DNA of 64,000 nucleotides from an uncultured virus (IMG/VR IMGVR_UViG_3300033143_002397) (taxonomy: Duplodnaviria; Heunggongvirae; Uroviricota; Caudoviricetes): IMG/VR virus record IMGVR_UViG_3300033143_002397. One strand, given 5' to 3'. Positions 16,654 to 26,293 of this stretch are shown here, in pieces. Each line of letters starts with the position of its first letter. Within the stretch, counting starts at the first letter, position 1. Under the pieces are notes generated by a model. That model was not told where the DNA came from and did not search any database. It saw nothing but the letters and a program-made list of their open reading frames with translations. The position numbers and the translations under genes are program-made.

Positions 16654-19617
16654 CTAGGGAACGAGCGCTTCGCCGTTCTCTTCCTTGCCGGTGTCGACCG
16701 CAGACGACTGATCGTCGCCGTAGGCGCCCATGTAGGGCTCGTCGGCGTCGGTCTGGACCGGCTGGTGGGGGTTCTGGAAGGTGTCCATGTAGGGCTCGTC
16801 CGAGTCCCTCTGGATCACTGCCGCGCAGATCTCGGCCTGCCGCTTCTGAAGGGACTCTTCGCCGAACGTGGCACGCTCGAAGTTGTCAGCGACCGAGTCG
16901 AGGCCGTTGACCACCTTCTTGGCGTCCTCTTGGGTCATGCCCCAAGAAGCGAACTTCGCCTTCACCGCCAAGGCCAGGTTGTCGAGATGGGTCAGGATGT
17001 CGCTCGCCTGCTTGGACTGCTCCGCCGAAAGCTTGGTCGTCATTGTCGTCTCCGTTGATTTCCCAGGTCCTTGCCCCGGAAGGATGTCTCCTGCCCCGGA
17101 AGGGGCACAAGTAGATCCCCGGACAGTCTGAAGTGTTTGCCCAGGGCCTGGCTCAGGCTCCCCCGCCAAACGGGCAAGGAGCATGTTGTAGACCGCGGGA
17201 TGGATTTTCCGGTTGTAGATACTGACCTGGATAGCAAGGTCCAGGGCGGCCCTGAACTGCTGATCCCGTTCCATACCGTCGGTGTTCTGCGTCAGGACAT
17301 TGGATCCCAACCACTCATTGGCCGAAGCCAGAATGGCCTCAAAGTCCGCCTCACCTAGATCACGTTGATGAGCGGGCTCCCAATCAGGGTAGGTCCCCGG
17401 ATCGTCGGCGTAAGGCTCGACCCCGTGGTACATCGCCGTCTTGAAGGACTGGTCCATTGCTAGCCACCCTGGATAAGTAGAAACGTAGCGTTGAGCCACC
17501 CGAGAGGCGGCCTTGCGACGACCAGACATCGTCTCGAACAGAGAGGTCTTCTTGTCCTTCTTGGCGTGCTCTCCATATCGAGCCGGCGGGGACGGTTCGG
17601 TAGGCTCGACATCCGGGAAAGGTATGCTCCCTTTGCCAGCTCCGCCAAAAGGCTGGGTCTTGAAGTGCTTGTCCCGAGCCTTCTTCCACTTGTCGTGAGC
17701 CTTGCCCCACTTCTTGTGTTCGGCTTCGTACTGCTTCGCCTCGATCTTGTCGGTCTTGGCCTGCACGATGGCGTGCTTCTTGGGCTCCAGCGCTCGGAGG
17801 CGATCCATTACTCGCTTCTTGAGCAGATCCTCTGAGCGATGGTCCCCGTCGTTGCCGAGGGACGCCTTGAAGAAGTCCACGACCTTCTTGAGACCACTCA
17901 GGATCGTGCTCGGGCTGTCTCGCTCCGAGAAGCTCTCCTTGTCTTCCGCTTCATCCGTGCCGTCCTTGTCGAGGAACTTGTCCTTGGCCTCGTGGTAGTC
18001 CCTCGCCTGGATGAAGCCCTGGACGATCTTCTTGCTGCCCGGATCGAGCGTCTCCAACAGCTTCTTTGCAGTGGCGTCGTCAGCGATGAACTTCTCACCA
18101 GACCCATCTCGGACGGCGGTGTCGTAGGCGGCCTCGGCCATCTTGTCCGCCAGCTCCCGAGCCTTGATGGGATCACTGGGCTTCGACAGCATGAAGTTGG
18201 CAACCCCAGCGGCCACGGCTGGATGCACACGAGGCTTGCCTGACTTGCCCGGCATGCTCAGCTCGTGGGTCAGCTTCTCCTTGGCCGCGAGGCTGAGTGC
18301 CAGCGTGTCGACCTGGTGCTGACGCATGGCCTCTGTCTTCTGCTCCGAGGACAGTAGGTTGAACGGCTTGCCGTCCCACTTCTGGGGTGGCTTGATCTGA
18401 GAGATGTTCGTCTCGTAGTGCTCAGCCGCCTTGGAGGCGTAGTCCTTGATGTCCTTGACGGGCTCAGACTTGGCGGAGTGGTAGCCCTTAGCCAAGTCCT
18501 TCACGTCGTCCGGATGAAGGTCCTGGGCGATGATGTCCGCGGCGGTATCCTCCGGGAAGGTCTCGGCGATCAGGAGGATGCTGGCCTGTCGCTCTTCAGG
18601 GGTAGGCTCCGACCTCTTCGGGGGCTTGATGCCGGCCCTCTCGGCTGAGGACAGGGCGTTGTAGTCCCTGGCGTTGTAGACGAGCTGAGATATCTTCGCC
18701 ACGCTTGCGATATTCTTGGGCAGCTTGCCTCTCAACTCAGGGAAGATCTTCTCGGGGCGAACGTCGGCGAAGTTGCTGCCCGAGTCCTTGATCTGCTCCC
18801 ATATCTCGGCGCTCTTTCGAGAAGCCTCGCTGTTGGGGTCCGCCAGGGTCTCAAAAGCCTCCCGAAGGACAGGGTCCAATTCCTCCATGGCAGCCGCCGC
18901 TGCCTTCCCCTGCTTCAGGGTATCCTTATCGGCTTGCGCGTCTCTCTGACGAGCGCTGTAGTCATCGATCAGGTTCTTCTGAGCTGCGGGCTGGAGCTTC
19001 TCGAAGGGGACACGCTTCTTGGTCTCAGGGTCAAGGACCGTGGGGTTGCCGAACTCATCCTCGTGACTGGTCGGGATGGCCCCTAGGAAGCGCTTGAAGT
19101 TGCTCTTCTTGCCCTCCCCCGTCTCCACCCAAGCAGCGACCTCAGCCTTGATCTGCTCGGGGTCAGGCTCGTCAGGATCGTCCTTCTTCTTGGACTCGCC
19201 CTTGCCCTTGCCCTTACCCTTGGCCTTCTCAGCCTTCTCTTGCTCCTTGGCCTTGGCCTCTTCGATGGCCTTCTTCTTCTCGTCGTCCTTGAGGGCCTCA
19301 TAGTCACCCGACTTTGGCCCCTTGAGGGTGTCAGGGGCGACCATGACGACTTCCTGCGTCTTCTTGTGACGGACAGGGATCAGCTTCTGCCCCGCGTCGG
19401 CCCACCGCATGAGGACACGGGCAGCTGAGCCACCCACATCCTTGTAGTTCTTGCTCATGTCGGGGTCGGACTCGCCCTCGGTGTCAGGGTCCTTCTCCAG
19501 GTCCATCTGCTCCCTGCGAAGGTCTCGCCGCGGAGGCTTGTCCTTGGGGGCTGGGCGAACGAGGCGCTCGGCCTCTTCGTCCTCACGCTCCAGGTCGTCT
19601 TTGGTGGCCAGACGCAT
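16654..19617 (-). CDS. large charged protein with probable nested in-frame starts at 17457 and 17043
   Basis: 987-aa ORF between portal and protease; internal motif B copies at 17472-17481 and 17106-17115. Confidence 0.75.
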   Translation of the reverse strand: MRLATKDDLEREDEEAERLVRPAPKDKPPRRDLRREQMDLEKDPDTEGESDPDMSKNYKDVGGSAARVLMRWADAGQKLIPVRHKKTQEVVMVAPDTLKGPKSGDYEALKDDEKKKAIEEAKAKEQEKAEKAKGKGKGKGESKKKDDPDEPDPEQIKAEVAAWVETGEGKKSNFKRFLGAIPTSHEDEFGNPTVLDPETKKRVPFEKLQPAAQKNLIDDYSARQRDAQADKDTLKQGKAAAAAMEELDPVLREAFETLADPNSEASRKSAEIWEQIKDSGSNFADVRPEKIFPELRGKLPKNIASVAKISQLVYNARDYNALSSAERAGIKPPKRSEPTPEERQASILLIAETFPEDTAADIIAQDLHPDDVKDLAKGYHSAKSEPVKDIKDYASKAAEHYETNISQIKPPQKWDGKPFNLLSSEQKTEAMRQHQVDTLALSLAAKEKLTHELSMPGKSGKPRVHPAVAAGVANFMLSKPSDPIKARELADKMAEAAYDTAVRDGSGEKFIADDATAKKLLETLDPGSKKIVQGFIQARDYHEAKDKFLDKDGTDEAEDKESFSERDSPSTILSGLKKVVDFFKASLGNDGDHRSEDLLKKRVMDRLRALEPKKHAIVQAKTDKIEAKQYEAEHKKWGKAHDKWKKARDKHFKTQPFGGAGKGSIPFPDVEPTEPSPPARYGEHAKKDKKTSLFETMSGRRKAASRVAQRYVSTYPGWLAMDQSFKTAMYHGVEPYADDPGTYPDWEPAHQRDLGEADFEAILASANEWLGSNVLTQNTDGMERDQQFRAALDLAIQVSIYNRKIHPAVYNMLLARLAGEPEPGPGQTLQTVRGSTCAPSGAGDILPGQGPGKSTETTMTTKLSAEQSKQASDILTHLDNLALAVKAKFASWGMTQEDAKKVVNGLDSVADNFERATFGEESLQKRQAEICAAVIQRDSDEPYMDTFQNPHQPVQTDADEPYMGAYGDDQSSAVDTGKEENGEALVP

Positions 19618-21401
19618 TAGAAGCGGCCTCCCCCCTCATCCTCCCCCTCGGGCTTCATCTTGAGCTTGAGGTACTTCGCCACCTGATCGACAACATCGGT
19701 CTTCTCAGCGAGCATTCGGCCGACCTCGGAGTAGATGCTCCGCATGATCTCGTTGAAGGTCGCGTCGTTGACCGTGAACATGTCCTGCTCGATCTTCACG
19801 CGGGTGTCGTCCGGATCGATGTTCAGCATCTCCAGGATGAGGTCGATGCTGATCGAGCCCTTCTGGTAGAGGTTGAACAGGGCGTCGAAGGTGTCCTGAC
19901 TGTCCCTGAGCGGCAGCCTGGTGAAGCTCAGCCTCGGGTAGAGCACGACCTCTTGGCCCCACTCGTCCTTCTCGACGAAACCCATGCGACGAGCCACCGG
20001 AGCGAAGAGGTATTCCTCAACGTACTCCTGGAGGATCTCACGCAAGTGGAGGTAGCGCTGGTTGATGACCTCCAGCTTGAGACGGTCACCCGAGTAGAGG
20101 CTCTCGCCGCTCATCAGACTCTCGGTCACGCCCAGGCCGGCGAGCAACCGACGCTCGGTCTGCTCGTACTCCACGCTGAGGTCGAGCAGACGGTCACGAG
20201 CCCCCATCTCTTCCCAGCGGATCTCGTAGTTCGCGACGATGCTGTAGTCGGGATCCACGAGGGCGAGATCGACCTGCTCACGGAGGTCCTCTACGTCGGC
20301 GTCAGAGAGGCCCTCAGCCCACACAACACGCTTCGGGGTCATAGCCCTGCTAGCGATGCTGGTCTGGGCCTGACGGAGCTTCTCGCGGTAGTACAGGGTC
20401 CTCATGCAACGGTCGAGGATCGACTGACCCAGCTCGTAGTCGGCGCCCTTTCGGCCGCTCAACAGGAAGACGAAGCTACCCTCGTCAGGGTCGGTCCCCA
20501 ACGGGATCAAGCTACCCTGCTCGATGTGCTCCCGCACCTCGATGGGGATCTCCTGCACCATCTCTTCGGCCGTGACATCACCCAGGTGAGCCTGCTCAAC
20601 GAGCTTCCGGTCACGGTCGGAGGGGATCAGCTCAGCCTTCACCTTATCCGTGAAACTGAAGGTGGTGATCTTGACCTGGTCGATGGGCAGGATGATGAGC
20701 CGAGCCCACCCGTTGTAGTTCCGTTGGTAGTGGTCGAACTCCTGCTGTTCCTTGTTCGTCCGCTCGACCCAAACCTCTTCCTCGACCTCGGCTGGGACGC
20801 CATCTTCTTGCAGGACCGACTTGGTGCCAACCTGGCGGCTGTAGCCAATGTCCTGGGGGACATCCACCACGTCGTCCTCGGCGAAGATCGCGCAGGTCCC
20901 ATCCAGCCAGTAGTGGTGGACCATGGTGATCAACCGCTGGAAGAGCTTGACTTGCTTGCACATGCGCTCGAAACGGTCGAGGATGAACTTGCCGTAGTCG
21001 TGAGGGTCCTTGAACCTCTCGGGACAGCTTCGTGGCTTGGGAGGTGCCAGGCGTACCTTACTGAGAGGCAGCTCAGTGTGCAGATCGATGGCCTGACCGA
21101 CCAGCTCGTCGGTGTTGTAGAAGTGCCGGTACAGCTCCCGCTTTTCACGAAGGGACTGCGGCAGCTCCAGGAAGTCCGTCGAGAGCTGAGGGCTGAAGAA
21201 GTTATCCCCCGAACTCTGGATCGTGTTCATGCCGAGACCCCCGGCGGCCCCTCCACACGCAGCCGAACGCGTGATCTGGCGAGCAAGTCGCTCCTTGTGT
21301 GTGAGCTGGTTGGAGAAGTTGCCAGCCACGTAGGGTCGAGTCCGGACCCTGGTCTGAACCAGGTACTGGGACCCCTTCTTGGCGTTGGTGAAGTCAGCCA
21401 T
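19617..21401 (-). CDS. portal protein
   Basis: 594 aa between terminase and protease; YRHFY...VGQAIDLHTELPLS and LLAGLGVTESLMSG are portal-like segments. Confidence 0.8.
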   Translation of the reverse strand: MADFTNAKKGSQYLVQTRVRTRPYVAGNFSNQLTHKERLARQITRSAACGGAAGGLGMNTIQSSGDNFFSPQLSTDFLELPQSLREKRELYRHFYNTDELVGQAIDLHTELPLSKVRLAPPKPRSCPERFKDPHDYGKFILDRFERMCKQVKLFQRLITMVHHYWLDGTCAIFAEDDVVDVPQDIGYSRQVGTKSVLQEDGVPAEVEEEVWVERTNKEQQEFDHYQRNYNGWARLIILPIDQVKITTFSFTDKVKAELIPSDRDRKLVEQAHLGDVTAEEMVQEIPIEVREHIEQGSLIPLGTDPDEGSFVFLLSGRKGADYELGQSILDRCMRTLYYREKLRQAQTSIASRAMTPKRVVWAEGLSDADVEDLREQVDLALVDPDYSIVANYEIRWEEMGARDRLLDLSVEYEQTERRLLAGLGVTESLMSGESLYSGDRLKLEVINQRYLHLREILQEYVEEYLFAPVARRMGFVEKDEWGQEVVLYPRLSFTRLPLRDSQDTFDALFNLYQKGSISIDLILEMLNIDPDDTRVKIEQDMFTVNDATFNEIMRSIYSEVGRMLAEKTDVVDQVAKYLKLKMKPEGEDEGGGRF

Positions 21402-21867
21402 TGCTCACGACCTCTCCGTACAGCTCTTCAAAGTCATCGTCGGAAGGGAGGCTGAGATTCTCGACCAACCGGTCATGCTCCCGAACTTCCTTGTCCTGAC
21501 GATCCTCTTCCTCTCGACGGCGCTCATCCTCTTCCTCCTGCTTGCTGACCACGAGGACGCGATCCATCGAGCCCGTACGCTTGAGGCCCTGGTTCAGAGC
21601 ACCGGCCACCCGCAAGTGAGCGTTCGCGTACAGGATGTACCCGCTGGAGGAAGAATCGAGCGTACGACGAGCCTTCGCACGCAAGTCCATGGCTAGCTGG
21701 TGAAGCTGAGTCACGGATGCTTCAAGGTCCACTCGGACCTTCTGCATCTGGACGACGATGTCATCGGCGACCTTGTCGCGCTGTTGACGTAGGTCGTCCT
21801 CTCGCAACCTCTGGGCTTCGACTCTGCTCACCTCTTCCGCAATCGCTGTGGGGGTCGCAGTCGCCAT
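21394..21867 (-). CDS. hypothetical coiled-coil protein
   Basis: 157-aa ORF in the operon, abutting both neighbours. Confidence 0.75.
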   Translation of the reverse strand: MATATPTAIAEEVSRVEAQRLREDDLRQQRDKVADDIVVQMQKVRVDLEASVTQLHQLAMDLRAKARRTLDSSSSGYILYANAHLRVAGALNQGLKRTGSMDRVLVVSKQEEEDERRREEEDRQDKEVREHDRLVENLSLPSDDDFEELYGEVVSNG

Positions 21868-22383
21868 CTACATCACCGTTTGCACTCCGAGGTAGTTGCT
21901 GTTCAAGGGCTTAGGGATCTGTGCCGCGATGCCCGCCAGAGGGGACGGGGCATCAGGGTCGCCCGAGGCTGTCAGTTCGTCTTCGTTGGTCCACAAGCCG
22001 CGAAGTGACAAATAGAGTTTCTGATCGGCCTGGTAGGTTAGAGCCACCAGCGGACCCACCTGACGGGACGCCCAGGTGTACTGCTCGTAGGACGAAGTCG
22101 AGAACAGAGCAGCCCCCGAGAGCATGGTAGCGAAGCGATAATGCGGCTGATTCCGGCTCATTGCCGTGAATCTATCGCCATCCTCGTTCGAGCCCCAGAC
22201 GAGGAAGCCCCCGAAGAGGCCCCGCGAGAAAGTCACCAGGAACTCGTCGCCAACGGTTCCGGCCCATTGGACTCCCTGTCCGCCGGCCCAGCCCTGCTGC
22301 ACCAGAGCGCTGTCCACGACAACGGTGTAGGCGTCGTCCAGATAGTAGACGATGCAGTCACGGGTGCGGAACAGCTCTGGCAT
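21868..22383 (-). CDS. decoration-like structural protein, paralog A
   Basis: Aligns end to end with 22383..22901; LTYQADQKLYLSLRGLWTN resembles the decoration protein. Confidence 0.65.
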   Translation of the reverse strand: MPELFRTRDCIVYYLDDAYTVVVDSALVQQGWAGGQGVQWAGTVGDEFLVTFSRGLFGGFLVWGSNEDGDRFTAMSRNQPHYRFATMLSGAALFSTSSYEQYTWASRQVGPLVALTYQADQKLYLSLRGLWTNEDELTASGDPDAPSPLAGIAAQIPKPLNSNYLGVQTVM

Positions 22384-22901
22384 CAGATCCGAGCCTGGAT
22401 GGTCAGGTAGTTGTTGTTGACGGTCGAGGGCGGTTGAACCACCACCCCCATGACATTCGCGTTAGGTGCCCTGGGGTCGCCCGAGAGCGTCCACTCGTCT
22501 TCGTTGGTCCACCGACCCCGGAAGGAGAAGACAAGCTCGTCCTGGGCCGCGTAGACGACCGGAACGAGGGGTCCAGCCAGCCGACTGGCGTAGGTGTACT
22601 GCTCGAAGGTTCTGGTCGAGAAGAGCCAACCCCCGAAACCCAGGACCCCATAGCGGTAGTGAGGTTGGCTCCGGGTCAGGGCCGTGAACTCGTCCGAGTC
22701 CTCTTCGGAGCCCCAGAGCAGGAAGCCCTGACCCGCCCCATCGGTGCTCTCGATGGTCATCTCATCACGTGACGAGTTGAACCACTGCATCCCCTGACCA
22801 CCCAGCCAACCATCGTTCGCCAAAGCTGGGCTGATAGCCACAGCGAAGATGTCACCCTTCTTGAAGATGACGAAGTCCCGAGTGCGTTGGATCTCAGGCA
22901 T
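22383..22901 (-). CDS. decoration-like structural protein, paralog B
   Basis: Shares MPExxRTRD, GWxGGQGxQW, GFLxWGS, QPHYR and RGxWTNEDE with paralog A. Confidence 0.65.
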   Translation of the reverse strand: MPEIQRTRDFVIFKKGDIFAVAISPALANDGWLGGQGMQWFNSSRDEMTIESTDGAGQGFLLWGSEEDSDEFTALTRSQPHYRYGVLGFGGWLFSTRTFEQYTYASRLAGPLVPVVYAAQDELVFSFRGRWTNEDEWTLSGDPRAPNANVMGVVVQPPSTVNNNYLTIQARI

Positions 22902-23221
22902 CAGACGAACTCGACCTTCCGCTCTTTACGCCGATTCCTGCCCCAGGCCGCCACGATCTTGGCCAGCAGGTTCACGTGAGGGACACCTCCAGCACCGACC
23001 ATCTCCCACGAGCCCCCACATTTCCGGAAGACCAGTCTCATGGTCATGTAGTCGTCCGGGAGGATCATCACATCCTCGCTCAACTGGTTGTTGGCGAACA
23101 GCCGGATGACCCGGTTGGCGAACACGAGGGGGATCTTTGCGCTATCGTCCACGATTGCCTCGCATACCCCTGAGTACAGATGAACGACCGGCCCCACCTG
23201 CCTTACGGTCCCCGAAACCAC
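22901..23221 (-). CDS. hypothetical protein (start uncertain)
   Basis: Fills the gap after terL; stop overlaps the next ATG. Confidence 0.55.
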   Translation of the reverse strand: MVSGTVRQVGPVVHLYSGVCEAIVDDSAKIPLVFANRVIRLFANNQLSEDVMILPDDYMTMRLVFRKCGGSWEMVGAGGVPHVNLLAKIVAAWGRNRRKERKVEFV

Positions 23222-25163
23222 CGTGCTTGCGGGCTCGCATGATTTGATAGCGCTCCGGGGTCATCCCCGTCGCTGCGTGAGGTCGATGAACCCCCTGACG
23301 AGCCGCGTGCTTCTGGTTGAGCATCGTCTGAGTCGACAGCCAGATGGCACGGATCAGGGCGTCGCTCATGTCGTCGTGGGACCCCTTCTTCTGGGGTGCC
23401 TCAACCATCACCAGGTTCTTACTGATCTGCTTGGCCTGGAGTGTCAGCAGCTCGGCAATGAGGGGGGAGTGTCGGCCGTCGTCCGTGGCCCGCTCCGGGA
23501 TGGGGTAGTCGTAGAGGACCAGTCGCTCATCGAAGAGGAACATCTTGGCCGACTGGAAGAGCTTGCTCGACATGTCGCGGGTGAAGAACTCGGCCTTGAA
23601 CTGCTTGTAGCCCCGCTTGTGGAGCGTCTGCTCCAACGGGATGCCGTTCCACCTATCGAAGAGCCCTGCCGTGATATGGAACCGCTTGCACAGGGTCATG
23701 ATCCACTCAGCGATCTCATCGAAGTCGAGCCGCTGGACATCACTCAACGTCTTGGCGTAATTCGTCGTGAACGCACCGTCCAAGTGAGGATTGGCCTCGC
23801 GCCAATCTCGCCCCGCATACCAGACCTCGTGGTAGTCCAGGACGACCTTGTCGGCCTCGGTGTGCGTGATGGCAACCCCTGTACCGTCACCTACCAGACC
23901 CACGTCAACCCCCATCTGGTGAGGCATCTTGGGACGGGCTCGCATAGCCGGTCGGAGGTTGGGATCGATGCAGACCGTGAGGTCCTCAGCACGCTCGATC
24001 CACCCACGGGCCTGGTCGCTGAACTGAGCCCCGTGTTCTGTCATGAACACGACCGGATCCGAGTGGTACTTCTCCTTGTAGTAGCTCGACGGAACCGTGG
24101 GGTTGATCTCCCAGGTCGGCGCCTGGATGGCCAACAAGTTCTCCGACCCCTCGCCACCCCTCATAGCCAGGTCGAACTTCTCGAAGAACTTGCCGCTCTT
24201 TCCCAAAGGCGAGCTGATGAGGATGATACGGGACTCGACCGCGGCCGTCTCCCCGGTAACAAGGTCGACAGCCGGACGACCCGACTTGACATCCTTGCGG
24301 CTGAAGGCAGCAGCTGACGGTGTGACCGCGTCGTAGATCTCCCTCGCCGAGCTACCGCCCCTGTCCATGAAGTGGGCGACCTCGTCCAGGATGATGACCA
24401 CGTTGCCGGCGCCACGGAGGCCCTTGGCGATGCAGCTCTTGAACGTGACTCTCAGCGTGGCTTTACCGTTGAAGCTGACGAATCGACCGTCTTCCTGACG
24501 GATGTTAGGGCCGTACTTCTCGATGTCGTAGGGGGTCCTGAAGTTGACCCAGCCGAGAGTGTTGTTGGCCACGAAAGGTGAGAAGTAGTCGCACTTGGCC
24601 AGATGGCTGGTCACCTCGTTGAAGAGCAGGCCGGCCTGATCCTTGTCGGTGGCGACCGAGATGATCTGGATGCGGTTGCCGTTCGGCAGCCCGTAGTACC
24701 TCTGGGGATTGTAGAGGTTGAGCAGCCGGTAGACTTCGTAGCTCGCGAAGATGCCCGAGAGGGTTGTTTTCCCAGCCCTCCTACCAATGGCGAGGATCAG
24801 CTCACGACGGTCGTGGTCCTGTGCGCCGATGTTGCACCGACCCTCGTTGTACAGGAAGGTCAGGTATTCACGCTCAGTGAACGTGTAGAGGATCTTCTCC
24901 CCGAATATATCGGGGATCTGGATCTGGTGATTGGGGTCCTCAGGCAGCTCTTCGTCGAGGGGGAGGTTGTAGTAGAGCTTGACGATGAAGCGCTGGGCTG
25001 GATACAGCCGCATGTCCAGGCCCCAAGCAGCCTCGATGTAGTCCAGCACGCTGTAGATGGTGTGCTGGGCAGTATCAATGGCTGCCTGACCCTGAGCGGT
25101 CTTGACCTCGCGGCCCGCCTTGCGGACCAGTGAAGCCAGACCTGTCCGACGCTTCTCCGCCAC
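23142..25163 (-). CDS. terL: terminase large subunit
   Basis: Walker A GRRAGKT, Walker B IILDE, coupling motif ISSP, RNase H-like nuclease MGVDVG...HDDMSDA. Confidence 0.93.
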   Translation of the reverse strand: MAEKRRTGLASLVRKAGREVKTAQGQAAIDTAQHTIYSVLDYIEAAWGLDMRLYPAQRFIVKLYYNLPLDEELPEDPNHQIQIPDIFGEKILYTFTEREYLTFLYNEGRCNIGAQDHDRRELILAIGRRAGKTTLSGIFASYEVYRLLNLYNPQRYYGLPNGNRIQIISVATDKDQAGLLFNEVTSHLAKCDYFSPFVANNTLGWVNFRTPYDIEKYGPNIRQEDGRFVSFNGKATLRVTFKSCIAKGLRGAGNVVIILDEVAHFMDRGGSSAREIYDAVTPSAAAFSRKDVKSGRPAVDLVTGETAAVESRIILISSPLGKSGKFFEKFDLAMRGGEGSENLLAIQAPTWEINPTVPSSYYKEKYHSDPVVFMTEHGAQFSDQARGWIERAEDLTVCIDPNLRPAMRARPKMPHQMGVDVGLVGDGTGVAITHTEADKVVLDYHEVWYAGRDWREANPHLDGAFTTNYAKTLSDVQRLDFDEIAEWIMTLCKRFHITAGLFDRWNGIPLEQTLHKRGYKQFKAEFFTRDMSSKLFQSAKMFLFDERLVLYDYPIPERATDDGRHSPLIAELLTLQAKQISKNLVMVEAPQKKGSHDDMSDALIRAIWLSTQTMLNQKHAARQGVHRPHAATGMTPERYQIMRARKHGGFGDRKAGGAGRSSVLRGMRGNRGR

Positions 25164-25172
25164 AGAGGACCC

Positions 25173-25880
25173 CTATCGAAGCAGGCTGTCCGCTTCGTCT
25201 TCCCAACCCTCTAGTTTGTTCTCCAGCTTGTTCCACATCAGGTCGAACTGCTGCGGCTCTAGCATCTCCTTGGCAACATCCCGGAAGGTGTTGATGAGCA
25301 GACCGAAGACCCTCTGGAGCCTCTCGTTCTTGAGGTCGATGGCGTCGACTCCCAGCTTGCGGATCTCCGCCTCGACAGCAGCGATCTCCTTCATGGCCGC
25401 GATCTGGCGGCTGATGATCTGAGGGATCTCGCGGTTGCTGACACCACGCTTCTGAAGCTCCAGTCGGTGGAACTCCAGTGATGCGGCAGACAGGGCAATT
25501 CGCTCCTTGATCAGGTAGAGCGTCTCGACCGATTCCGAGCGCTCCCGAGACACCTTGACGATCTCGTCACTCTCGACGAACTCGGTCTGCTCGGCCATGA
25601 CCTGCTTGTGGTATTCGAGGTCCGCAGAGGTCGGGGTCGTGTCGATCTTCTTGGGCCTGCCAGGGCCTCGCTTCTTCTTGGGGGCCTCGTGAATGGGGGT
25701 CACACTAGCGGCCTTGGCCTGACGCCTGGCGTACTGGCTGACCGGCTTCTTGGGCGCCTCGGGCTCGTCTGGGGCGTCGTTGACAGGGTCCGTGTCGTCG
25801 GTGTCATCGTCGACCGCGCCCAACAGGTCGTCCACCACGCTGTCGTCTATCTCGATCTTCTTGGCGGGGTCGTCACTCAT
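25173..25880 (-). CDS. putative terminase small subunit with an AT-hook-like motif
   Basis: Immediately upstream of terL; helical core; KKKRGPGRPKK. Confidence 0.55.
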   Translation of the reverse strand: MSDDPAKKIEIDDSVVDDLLGAVDDDTDDTDPVNDAPDEPEAPKKPVSQYARRQAKAASVTPIHEAPKKKRGPGRPKKIDTTPTSADLEYHKQVMAEQTEFVESDEIVKVSRERSESVETLYLIKERIALSAASLEFHRLELQKRGVSNREIPQIISRQIAAMKEIAAVEAEIRKLGVDAIDLKNERLQRVFGLLINTFRDVAKEMLEPQQFDLMWNKLENKLEGWEDEADSLLR

Positions 25881-26293
25881 GGCTTCTTTCCTTCTGGCCC
25901 GCCTTCACCACCACCCTCCGTCCGGACCAGGTACTCAGAAAGGTTGTTGACCGTCTCATGCCCCTTGTCCTTGGGGATCTGAGTGTCGAGCGCCTCGGAT
26001 AGGTCCTTGCCTGTCTCGACCAGATTCAGAACACCCGTGTCCTTCGGGAAGGGTTTGAACAGGTCCTTGGGTTGCACGTCCCGAGCATCGGGGATCGTGA
26101 TGTCATCCCCCTGGCTCTTGGACTCCGCGTAGTCCTTGGTGATCTCTGGTGAGATCCCCTTGGGCTTGTTGATGGGGGTCACCAGCTCCTTGACCTTCTT
26201 GCGCTGGCCCGGAGGCTGGTCCGCCAACTTCTGAGCGAAACGAGCGGCCACCCGACGAGCTAGCACTCGGTCCACGACTCGGCGTGCGCTCAC
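25877..26293 (-). CDS. hypothetical protein with an RRVAARF N-terminal motif
   Basis: 138-aa ORF coupled to both neighbours. Confidence 0.7.
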   Translation of the reverse strand: MSARRVVDRVLARRVAARFAQKLADQPPGQRKKVKELVTPINKPKGISPEITKDYAESKSQGDDITIPDARDVQPKDLFKPFPKDTGVLNLVETGKDLSEALDTQIPKDKGHETVNNLSEYLVRTEGGGEGGPEGKKP

